64,000 bases of DNA from the NCBI RefSeq assembly GCF_006345805.1, contig NC_042999.1, positions 80,848,001 through 80,912,000 of the forward strand, read 5' to 3'. The notes beneath the pieces are model-generated. The model had not been told where the DNA came from and made no database searches. It saw nothing but the letters and a program-made list of their open reading frames with translations. Positions within the stretch are counted from its first letter, which is position 1. Each line of letters begins with the position of its first letter. The position numbers and the translations under genes are program-made. This DNA is from Octopus sinensis (lineage: Eukaryota). Shown piece by piece: positions 28,431-39,339 of the stretch.

Positions 28431-29217
28431 GTTGGCACCTTTTAACTATATTCTTTTATCTTTACCCTCGACACCAAATCTCCCGGTACACCAAGTCACC
28501 TTTAGAACAAACTCACTTCTAATCATATTTACACTCCCTACTAACTTCTTAACTTGTCTGTTTACGTTTCATAATTAAAGATATATATGACACTGTTAAA
28601 ACAAGAAAAATTCACGATAAAAGCTGGTTTTTAATACACAACGGGAAATTTTCTTAGATGCATATAGTTACACTTTACAACAGGCAATATTATTCATACA
28701 GAGATTAATAAACCCCTATAAAGAACGTTCAATATTATTTATACACTGAATAATATGTTCTTTACAGCTGTATAGGGGCTTGCATGTGGCAAACATTCTT
28801 CGTGCCTTGTGTTGTTATGTTCGTTCATTCATGTTTGTGGAGAATAAATTTTTTTTTTCTGCGGTTGCATAGCATTCACGAACCAGTAACAGAAGCTTTA
28901 TTTACTGTACATAGGATTGCTTTCGTTTGGGTATTTGGATGAAAATAACAACCTAAAATTTCTACACACCAGAAGAGATATACTACAGGAGTCTACGATA
29001 AAATAGCTGGTGCTTATGAATCTGTGATTAGCTTGTCACAACTGTGAAAATATTCATATTAAATCCATGATGTCAATCAATATCTGTACTTTTCATTTGC
29101 TCGGCTTTTAACGGAAAATGAGAATGGAGTCGTAACAATCACTACCTCTACATCCTGAACTTATCACAAAAAAATCCACCTTTATGTAAGGTTCATTAGA
29201 GGGTTCTAGAAAGTTGA

Positions 29218-29268
29218 TTCACGTGATGGCTTTTCCTGGTTGGTCGGTTAATCAGCCGATCACGTGAA
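29218..29268. promoter_or_regulatory. Inverted pair of TCACGTGA E-boxes
   Basis: TTCACGTGAT (29218-29227) and ATCACGTGAA (29259-29268) are exact reverse complements. Confidence 0.3.
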
Positions 29269-29497
29269 ATGAGAGTAATCTCAACGTGACACCCGCATTG
29301 CTGTACAGCAGTTTGGTTTCGAATCTGCTACATATTCGGTATAACATCTGCACAAGGAAGTTCACCAAATGACTAAAATATTCCACATTTGATAATTCAC
29401 TTTCCAATCGGCTGTTAATCTCTCTCCACGGTTCTGTTTCATCCTCACTGACTGAAATATATTCCTTCGTTATGTACCCGCCTCCACTTATTTGCAT
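29252..29497 (-). CDS. Candidate 81-aa small ORF of unknown product
   Basis: AAAGCCATG start context, upstream in-frame stop, acceptor TTGTTTCTATTTCTAG (exon would begin at 29548) and non-repetitive protein-like composition; no homology recognised. Confidence 0.2.
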   Translation of the reverse strand: MQISGGGYITKEYISVSEDETEPWREINSRLESELSNVEYFSHLVNFLVQMLYRICSRFETKLLYSNAGVTLRLLSFHVIG

Positions 29498-31288
29498 GGC
29501 TTTTCTCCTTCCGTAATCATTTAGGCCCTATTTTCTGTTGTCACTCTCCTAGAAATAGAAACAATTTCTCTCTCAACCCTCAAAGCATGCAGTTATAAAG
29601 ATGAATGGCACATTTGAGATTATAATTCTTCATGCGTTTTTTTTTTCTTCTGAAAACAGGATTTAGTAAGTACCAGGAACCTTTTCAACACATTATATTT
29701 TGGAGGCTGATCTGAAACAAAAGTAAAGTGACTAACACATTGAAACATTTTACTAAGAAGAGCTGTGATAAGTTTTTTTCTGTTATGTCTACTCAAAGTG
29801 ATGCGGAACTGAAACGAGTTCCTTACCTAAGTATCCATTCGAGCATTAAAGAGTGATCATTTAAATATCGTGCACATCATCATCATTTAATGAATATTGT
29901 ATCAAAATTAACTTATGATGATATTTGGCAGTCAAAACACAACAAGGGCTGAACGAAAATAAGAACAACATCATCGTTGTGTACATACATTGCAAATTGT
30001 AGGATGCACCAGCCATCAAAGGAGACTCTACGCTACCGATTGACTTACAAAAAATATCACTTAACATTCCTTCAAACCACACTACACTATAACAAAAGTA
30101 CGTTATGAAAAAATGACATATTGAATGTTGTCTTACATCCACTGTAACTAAACAATACAAAAAAATAAGATGTGGTGATCATGTCCAACAAGTCTTATGG
30201 TCTACGCTTTGTTTTCTCAGTGTCACATACAATTAAAGGAAGATAGTAGCGACAAATATATGTGACAATAAATAGAAGATGCTTTCTAGAATTTTTTCAG
30301 ACTTTTTCAGGAGAAGTACAAAATTCTAATTTCCTCCGAAATAGGATCCTCCATCTTTAATATGTGCCTTTGTTTTAGGTCTGTGACAACTTGACTGTTT
30401 TCACATAAAACATTAGCTAAATGAAAAAAAAACAATGTTTAGAGTGAAAACAAACGAAACAAGAAACAGGAATTATAGAAAATTTTTGAGTTGTACAGAA
30501 CCTTCAAAGATTACTACTACCAGAAACTTGTTTCGATCAAAATCATCGGTATCTTAATATTTGCACGGTATCTAAGTAGATTGCACTGAAAATTAAAGAA
30601 GTACATTGTGGTGTAAATTGCTACACTGATTGTTAAAAATTATCAAATTAAGCGGAGGAGGAATACATGTTAAGTATTGAGCCACTTAGATAATAAATCA
30701 TTCAGATGTTATTTCTGTAGACAGAACAATTGGATCACTGATTGTCGAAACCGATATGATATCCATTTGCTTTTACCAATAATCCGATTTCCTACATTTT
30801 ATATATACAGGTTCCATTCGTCATTTTTGTCCTGTTATATATATTTCCAAACACGCTGTAGACATTGTGGATATATGCAATTAACTATCTTTTTTCCAAA
30901 GAAAATACGAAAAATATGACAACATAAAGAAATATTCCAAACAGGGTAGTGTTTCTACAATAAAGCTCAAAGAAACCTGTTGGAATTATTGATTTATATC
31001 TTCAAAGAAATATTTCTAATTCAGCTAAACCCATATATTCGCATATACACACAATGTGTATGTACGTATAAGGAGATGTAGATGTAAGCACGTATATGTG
31101 TATGTGTTTATACATGTGTGTATTGTGTATACATATATAGTTCCAACACACAGATACATACACACAGACACCTACACAAACACACACATATATATATATA
31201 TGTATTCTATTACACGTGTACAAAGTGAGTGTATATATATGTATATGAGCAGCTATATATACCTGCATAACACACACATAAATAAGCC

Positions 31289-31319
<31 letters not shown>

Positions 31320-31899
31320 GCAATACGATGTATGTTTATATGTCTCGTTTTATCTATCTCTTACATCGATTTGCAATTTTTCATCACAAATATATATCCG
31401 TCCTTATCAGCGCATGTGTATGCGCGAGTAAATGCTTTTTGTATATTTGTCCCCCGTATGTGAGTGTATGTGGTTGTGTGTGGGTATTTAACTATGCTTG
31501 CAAGTATGTTTTAGCAAATGTGTTATTTTGTTTCTTGAAGTAATCTTTTGTTTATCACCTTTCTCTATTTCCGTTTTTCCAACCAAGGAAGCGAAAGTTT
31601 TTGTGTGATGTTTGTTTGCTCTTTACGTTAGGCAACATATAACAGCCAATAAACAAATAAATTCAGTTATTGATATAGGTTATCTGTTATTAATATTTCT
31701 TGTCTTTAAACTTAGACACACATATTAAGAACCACATAAATATACTTATATGAAGAAGTAAATATGTTATTTACTAAACAAAGACGTGTAAATATTTATA
31801 CACGCTCTCATACATATTTACATACACACGCATCATATGCGAATATATATTCCTTAAACATATTACTTTCACTCACTCTACTTACTCTGTACATATATA

Positions 31900-31908
31900 T
31901 ACTTACTC

Positions 31909-31957
<49 letters not shown>

Positions 31958-31974
31958 TATATATGTATATGTAT

Positions 31975-32007
<33 letters not shown>

Positions 32008-32099
32008 CATATATATATATATGTATATATACACATACATATATACATATACATATATATATATATGTTATATATATTTTTTTTTACATATATATACAG

Positions 32100-32134
<35 letters not shown>

Positions 32135-32338
32135 CACATACATATATATATATATATATATGTATATGTATATATATACATATATATATATATACACATA
32201 CATATATACATATACATATATATATATATAATATATATATATATGTGTGTGTATATATATATATATGTTATATATATTTTTTTACATATATATACAGATA
32301 TATATATATATATATATGTGTGTGTATATATATATATA
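31900..32338. repeat. (TA)-rich compound microsatellite with an internal ~200-bp duplication
   Basis: ATGTTATATATAT(T)nACATATATATACAG occurs at about 32065 and 32265. Confidence 0.85.
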
Positions 32339-32469
32339 TTACTCTATATAATTAAGGGGTCAGTAAAATAATTTACTTTGCCACATACTGAAATTTTTGG
32401 AAATAGCAGCCAAAAAGTTTCTTTAGCCATTTCTACTACTTTAAGAAGAATCTCCCTGATAGTGCTTAC

Positions 32470-32490
32470 TCAAAAATAATTCACGTAGAT
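32470..32490 (-). CDS. Candidate 21-nt microexon (xLRELFLx), copy 1
   Basis: TTTTGTTGTTTTCCCTCCAG|ATCTACGTGAATTATTTTTGA|GTAAGC; open in phase 1-1. Confidence 0.3.
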   Translation of the reverse strand: MYVNYF

Positions 32491-32816
32491 CTGGAGGGAA
32501 AACAACAAAATATCACATGTACAAAGATTATTTGGATAACGCTCACTTTTCTAGATTAGCCGAATTAAAACTCGACATTTCTTTCGTCAGCTCAACATTT
32601 CTTAATTTGGATTTGAAAGCACTAAAAATAATGAACATACCCATCCGACATGAATCACCTCAGACGAACATCTCCAAACTGGTAGTGCTAGCGAATTCAA
32701 ACAGTACAAGTAAAGAATCTATGTATTTCCCCCTTCCATCCACGTGAGTTATCGAGTAAACATAGTTAACGGTGAGAACCGAAGTAAAAGAGGAACAGGG
32801 AGAAAGGAATTGTATT

Positions 32817-32972
32817 ATCAATAATTAAGTGTAAAATCAATTAGTTATTAATTAATTTCACCAAGTATTTTCACCAAATATTTTGAATACGCCTTGAATG
32901 GTCCTTTTACATACTGAACACTACTTGGTGAAATTAATTAATAACTAATTGAATTTACCCTTAATTATTGAT
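32817..32972. mobile_element. AT-rich foldback/MITE-like element (second copy at 33465-33620)
   Basis: 51-bp inverted arms 32817-32867 and 32922-32972 with 2 mismatches and a 54-nt spacer. Confidence 0.8.
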
Positions 32973-33117
32973 TATATATATATATATTACTCTATATAAT
33001 TAAGGGGTCAGTAAAATAATTTACTTTGCCACATACTGAAATTTTTGGAAATAGCAGCCAAAAAGTTTCTTTAGCCATTTCTACTACTTTAAGAAGAATC
33101 TCCCTGGTAGTGCTTAC

Positions 33118-33138
33118 TCAAAAATAATTCACGTAGAT
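33118..33138 (-). CDS. Candidate 21-nt microexon, copy 2
   Basis: Identical copy within the second duplication unit. Confidence 0.3.
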   Translation of the reverse strand: MYVNYF

Positions 33139-33780
33139 CTGGAGGGAAAACAACAAAATATCACATGTACAAAGATTATTTGGATAACGCTCACTTTTCT
33201 AGATTAGCCGAATTAAAACTCGACATTTCTTTCGTCAGCTCAACATTTCTTAATTTGGATTTGAAAGCACTAAAAATAATGAACATACCCATCCGACATG
33301 AATCACCTCAGACGAACATCTCCAAACTGGTAGTGCTAGCGAATTCAAACAGTACAAGTAAAGAATCTATGTATTTCCCCCTTCCATCCACGTGAGTTAT
33401 CGAGTAAACATAGTTAACGGTGAGAACCGAAGTAAAAGAGGAACAGGGAGAAAGGAATTGTATTATCAATAATTAAGTGTAAAATCAATTAGTTATTAAT
33501 TAATTTCACCAAGTATTTTCACCAAATATTTTGAATACGCCTTGAATGGTCCTTTTACATACTGAACACTACTTGGTGAAATTAATTAATAACTAATTGA
33601 ATTTACCCTTAATTATTGATTATATATATATATAATAAGAAAAGTGGGGAGGATAATTTCGATTATACCCACATAGTGAGTTGTAATGCAAAAAGAATAT
33701 TTATGTAATAAAATAAGGAAAATGCATATAGTTTTAATATATTTTAAAAATACATTTTGTAAGTGAAAGTGTATTATGTG

Positions 33781-33813
33781 TGTCGACCGGTTTCACTTTA
33801 GCTAATCCTCACA
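33781..33813 (-). ncRNA. Minimal hammerhead ribozyme remnant, A3-U8 core
   Basis: TGTG-AGGATTA-GC-TAAA-GT-GAAA-CCGGT-C-GACA; lesions at position 4 and pair 1.1-2.1. Confidence 0.55.
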
Positions 33814-34824
33814 TTCATATTATTGTAATTTCGCATTTTCTTAAAAATATCTAAGTCCATGTCGTGTATGGGAGTTTGTGAATGAAATGAATCAACAGAC
33901 ATAAATATCTAAGGGATGGTAATTGGTATAAACATATATACAAAACCTCAAATGCTAAAGTAGTGGGATGAAAACACTAACAGAAACATAGCGTAACACC
34001 TCACCACGTCTCAAAACACTACCATATATATCAACTCACAACCCTAGAAACAACGAGGCATACAACACTTGTACAAAATCTATCTATGCTCACTAGGGAT
34101 CCAGAAATGAACAACACTCTGAAAACATAAATTCATGAAATGCAAAAAGCAACACAAATCATTGTCATGATCGCTGATAAATGCGAAGCTTTACACAACA
34201 ACCACGGAACCAATAGTTAAATAATGGGGAAGCCCAAAATGTGGAACATTCCCGAACCTGTTGGAAGACTCGGAATTCCTATTGGAACAAGGAGAGATGT
34301 TCACAATTAAAGCCTTGTGCTTCCGAAAACCTAAATGCGTTATAACTTGTTCAGGTTGTGGGTATTACTAAATAGACAGAAAAGGATGCTACTTCGTTTC
34401 CCACCGTACAGATATATTCCTTTGAGGGAACAAATAAAAAGATGAGTAGATAATATCCAACCAAACTTCACAGTTTTCCCTATCTACCAGTGCGAAGAAA
34501 CAGTATTTGTACAAGAATGTTTATAGAAAATTTATTTATCGAAAAGTACAGAACACACCTAAATAAGAGTATATATTTTAATTCATGTTCACACATCCAT
34601 CACTGTAAATACTTCATCTCACTACCTTACGTTGTGAGATTTTTGTATATTTATTTATCCCCTCTTCAAAATATGATCAATTACCTCCCCTGTTCCATAT
34701 AATAACGATCACATATAACCTCCTCTTAGATTTGTCTCCCTGCTGATTCATTTCATTTACAAACTCCCATACACGACATAGACTAAAATCTTCTTAAGAA
34801 AATACGAAATTACAATAATTCCAA

Positions 34825-34857
34825 TGTCATGATTAGCGAAAGCGAAACTGATCGACA
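34825..34857 (+). ncRNA. Minimal hammerhead ribozyme remnant, A3-U8 core
   Basis: TGTC-ATGATTA-GC-GAAA-GC-GAAA-CTGAT-C-GACA; stem III has two transitions relative to CCGGT. Confidence 0.6.
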
Positions 34858-34937
34858 AGTACAATACTCTTTCACTTATAAAATATATTTTAAAATATAT
34901 TAAAATTATGTATAAACTATGTTTATTTTCCTTCTTT

Positions 34938-34987
<50 letters not shown>

Positions 34988-35159
34988 TTTTATATATGAA
35001 TTTATGACCTGCACACGATATGATGACGAAGTTCCTCACGGTCTAGCAAAAAATTACCTATCCCTGAATACGTATGAATCAACAACGTTCTTTCATGTGT
35101 TGTCATTAAGTAAGGCATATCTTCGTCGAAGTTCAGCTGAAAGCTGTCTAAATCTATAT

Positions 35160-35388
35160 ATTTAGTATATATATATATGCACACGCATATACATTGTATA
35201 TATATGTATGTTATGTATGTATATGTTATATATGTGTATGTGTGTGCGTTGTGTGTGTATGTGTGGATATATGTATGCATTATGTGTGTGTATGTATTGA
35301 TGTATATATATGTGTATTGTATATATATGTATATATGTATGCATTGTATATGTGTATATGTGAATGCATTGTAAGTGTGTGTGTGCAT

Positions 35389-35427
<39 letters not shown>

Positions 35428-35770
35428 TGTGTGTGTGTGTGTGTGTGCATTATATGTATGTGCATTGTGTATATATATATATTATACGTATGTGTGTTGT
35501 ATATATATGTATACACGTATATACATTATATGTATATATTGTGTATATATGTTATATGTATATATTGTGTATGTGTATTATGTATATGCTGTGTATGTGT
35601 GTTATATGTATATATGTGTATGTGTGTGCGTTGTGTGTGTATGTGTGGATATATGTATGCATTATGTGTGTGTATGTATTGATGTATATATATGTGTATT
35701 GTATATATATGTATATATGTATGCATTGTATATGTGTATATGTGAATGCATTGTAAGTGTGTGTGTGCAT

Positions 35771-35829
<59 letters not shown>

Positions 35830-36180
35830 ATTATATGTATGTGCATTGTGTATATATATATATTATACGTATGTGTGTTGTATATATATGTATACACGTA
35901 TATACATTATATGTATATATTGTGTATATATGTTATATGTATATATTGTGTATGTGTATTATGTATATGCTGTGTATGTGTGTTATATGTATATATGTGT
36001 TATGTGTATATATGTTGTATGTATATTATGTATGTATATATGTGTGTATTGTGTATGTGTGTGTTATATGTATGTATATGTTGTGTGTGTGTGTATTATA
36101 TGTATATGTGTGTGTGTGTGGTGTGTGTGTGTGGTGTGTGTGTGATGTGTGTGTGGTATGTATATGTAGTGTGTATGTAT
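35160..36180. repeat. Degenerate GT/AT satellite with a ~382-bp higher-order duplication
   Basis: Anchor GTGTGGATAT at 35261 and 35643; GCTGTGTATG at 35588 and 35969. Confidence 0.9.
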
Positions 36181-37186
36181 GGCCCGCACACATGCGTAGA
36201 TACATGTATGCATGTATATACACACACAAGGACGCGTGCACCCACGCCGTGTGTACGCACACACACAAGCACATACTCAATACCAACGCACGCAGGACAC
36301 ATATACACGCATGCCGCACGGATACACCCAACAGACATGGACACACATGCGAACAAACACATACACACTAACGCACGCGCAACACACTAATAGACATTAA
36401 CCACACACATACACACACACACAAACGGGCACACATATACACACACCATCCTACCCCAAAAAATTCTTTAAACAACACACATCTATTTACACCACCTTGG
36501 AATCAATCAAAAACAGCCCCCACACATGCATAAACACATGTATACATGTATATGCACACACACAAGGACACACACACTCACACCAATCTCACCTCCATAC
36601 AGACACACATATACACACGCAGCACCATGCCAAATGCCATCCACACACATACATACACACACACACACAACACCAAGACAACCACACACGCGGTTGACAA
36701 ACGGACACACCATCCTATCATATCTTACAGACACACAGACACATCTATTCACACTGCATATGTATGTATGCACGCACACACACACATAAAGACCCATCCT
36801 GACCCCAAAATCATTGATGCTTGAATGAGAGACAAAAAAAGGAAAAAATAAGTTTACATTATTTTCAGTTCACATTTCTCCTCCTAAAACGGACAGGTCA
36901 GTTTTAGCTTCACCGCTATTATAATGTAAATCTTTTTGAACTCATAATATTCTGTACGTGTATACTGAACTTTTTTAATAATTCCTCCTGGAAATTATCT
37001 TGAGATGTATAATATATTTGTCGTAATCTTTTGTGCCCAATATTTTAAGGAACTTGTTGAACTTTTTTTATGTCCTTAACATGTCCCAGTTACCAAAGAC
37101 TGTATATATGTAATGTAGCAATTTGCAACAACCAATAATTAACGCAACCAAACTTCTACATGTTACTTTTGACAATCTTTTTCCAA
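36180..37186 (+). mobile_element. Orphan 3' UTR of PLE family A, truncated inside its hammerhead
   Basis: Shares GGACGCG, CATT.ACCACACACATAC, CATCTATTCACAC, ACCCCAAAATCATT, CAACCAATAATTAACGCAACCAA and ACTTTTGACAATCTTT with 50620-52760. Confidence 0.75.
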
Positions 37187-37455
37187 TCATATTGGGTTTG
37201 TACTTTTCAATGAAGAATGTTTCCTTATTTAGTCTAATTTGTGATGATGATCCGAAAGCATATTGGTAAAATGGAAAGATTAAAAATTGTGGTTGTAGTT
37301 GCTTTGCGCATTTCTCAATGTGTTCACTAAAAGGTATCATTCTATATTCTGGGAATGCAATCTGTTGTCGATGCAGTGTGCATCTATGTCTGAGTGATAG
37401 TCCCGTGGACCCCACGTAGTCTTGGTGGCAGCCCGAGCATTTAATGACATAAATT

Positions 37456-38076
37456 ATGTTTTCAGAAACCCCAGAAACAAAGAAGCTTTCACCATCATCA
37501 CCCAGAATTTACCAATACTTCATAAAAAACCCCATATTAAAGGAAATTCTAAACATACACCAAATCATTAAAAGCTACAAACAGCCTAAATCACTAAAGA
37601 TTCTCACAAAGGCAAAATTGTCTTCTAAAATTACGGATGGAAAAGTTAAAAAATGTGATAGATCGAACTGTGCAACATATCCTAACCTATTGGAAGGATC
37701 AGAATTCTTCTTTAAAGAGGGACAGAAATTCAAGATCAAATCTAACTTTACTTGTGCCTCTGAAAACATAATGTATGTCATTAAATGCTCGGGCTGCCAC
37801 CAAGACTACGTGGGGTCCACGGGACTATCACTCAGACGTAGATGCACACTGCATCGACAACAGATTGCATTCCCAGAATATAGAATGATACTTTTTAGTG
37901 AACACATTGAGAAATGCGCAAAGCAACTACAACCACAATTTTTAATCTTTCCATTTTACCAATGTGCTTTCGGATCATCATCACAAATTAGACTAAATAA
38001 GGAAACATTCTTCATTGAAAAGTACAAACCCAGACTCAACTATCCGAACTCAATAATACAGAGAAATTCACACTAA
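37456..38076 (+). CDS. PLE GIY-YIG endonuclease C-terminal ORF (206 aa, partial)
   Basis: C/H-rich region followed by IMYVIKCSGCHQDYVG (GIY-YIG-like), R...H, and E..FIEKYKP.LN; the ATG comes from the inverted segment, so it is probably not a natural start. Confidence 0.85.
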   Translation: MFSETPETKKLSPSSPRIYQYFIKNPILKEILNIHQIIKSYKQPKSLKILTKAKLSSKITDGKVKKCDRSNCATYPNLLEGSEFFFKEGQKFKIKSNFTCASENIMYVIKCSGCHQDYVGSTGLSLRRRCTLHRQQIAFPEYRMILFSEHIEKCAKQLQPQFLIFPFYQCAFGSSSQIRLNKETFFIEKYKPRLNYPNSIIQRNSH

Positions 38077-38203
38077 AGGAAAAAATTTTTTTAAGCGATT
38101 ATCTCCCTTACACCGGAAGAAATCACTCACTACTTTCCCTTCTTTAGAACTCTCCGTAGCAAAAATACAAGGATTACGTTATTAAAAATAAACATTAAGT
38201 CAC

Positions 38204-38242
38204 AAGAAATTTGAAGAGCTAACTGCGAAACCGGTATTTCTT
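38204..38242 (+). ncRNA. Minimal hammerhead ribozyme, U3.G8 core
   Basis: AAGAAA-T-TTGAAGA-GC-TAACT-GC-GAAA-CCGGT-A-TTTCTT, about 130 nt after the ORF stop; one extra T next to stem I. Confidence 0.65.
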
Positions 38243-38373
38243 TAAAAATTATAAAATTATGTCATTTTAAGGAGGGAAAAACATTTTTCCAATATTCTCC
38301 AGACATTTTGACGCAAATATATATATTTTTTAACATTTAAGCCTTCTGTCGTTTTTTCACTCTTTACTATTTT

Positions 38374-38489
<116 letters not shown>

Positions 38490-38495
38490 TATATA

Positions 38496-38600
38496 ATCTG
38501 TTCTGTCTGGCTCTCTGTTTGTGCGCTTATAACTCAGGTATTGTCCATCCGATAGCGCTGAAATTTTAAACATTTTAAACACCTGCGCCTATATTTTTTT
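38496..38600 (+). mobile_element. Possible Helentron/HINE-like fragment
   Basis: (TA)n followed by CTGTTCTGTCTG..TGTTTGTGCGCTTATAACTC..CCGATAGCGCTGAAATTTT; resemblance from memory only. Confidence 0.3.
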
Positions 38601-39339
38601 ATTGCAGGACTAATTGAAATCTGGTGTGTTGCTTCTTGCTTTGTCTGCGATGATAGATATATTCTCTTTATATATCTATGATAGATATATTCTCTTTAAG
38701 TCGGATACATATAGGTTGTGTGGGAAATGCCTTTTTCCTGTTTCGGGATAATTGTCTTGTAACTGACTGCTTTAAATCACAGATGTCTTGATGAATTCAT
38801 CTTTATGGATTATACTATAAATTTTCTATGGCAATAGAATTAAAAGTGAACTGCGCTAGCTACTTATTACTTGTCTTCAAACGTGATGTGTCTCTTCATC
38901 AGTTGCATCCATGAGATAACACTTTCGATATCAACCCTTACCCTTTATAAAGAAGGAGGAAATTTTACCTAATCAGTCGTTAAAGTTGTGAGACGAGTCT
39001 TTCTCTCGTCAAACACTATCTACATAACAGTTACCATGAATAAAACAGTGTCCAATATGAAAAAATATGGTGAGATCATGCATCAAACGTATTTATTCAT
39101 ACGCCCATAAGGAAACCCACAATATAACCAGCATCCATTACAGACACCATAAAAATATTTCTCAAACCAACCTCCGTCACGTTCGTGGTCGGACAGATAC
39201 GTAATCTGCATTTCTTGGTTATATGTTTTTATAGTTATACTTACCTTAGGCGTGAAAACCATTCGGCTTTGACATTGGTGAATTGCAACAAACATGTAGA
39301 GTTTAGGTGGAAGCATTAATCAATTTTTTGTTATACACG

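Larger units (their letters stand above)
32339..33634. repeat. 648-bp head-to-tail tandem duplication
   Basis: Units 32339-32986 and 32987-33634; identical 76-aa ORFs offset by 648; only one difference seen (A32459/G33107); breakpoints lie in (TA)n. Confidence 0.95.
33636..34942 (+). mobile_element. Penelope-like remnant (PLE-C): GIY-YIG C-terminus flanked by inverted pseudo-LTRs
   Basis: LPYISTHNPRN, KCGTFPNLLE, CASENL, VITCSGCG, FTVFPIYQC and FIEKY..HLN across lesions; 33706-33919 is an inverted copy of the 3' UTR at 34722-34942; both ends abut (TA)n. Confidence 0.85.

Noticed and set aside
32517-33395. Identical 76-aa plus-strand ORFs
   Set aside because: The identity comes from the tandem duplication; no motifs, and splice signals point to the other strand
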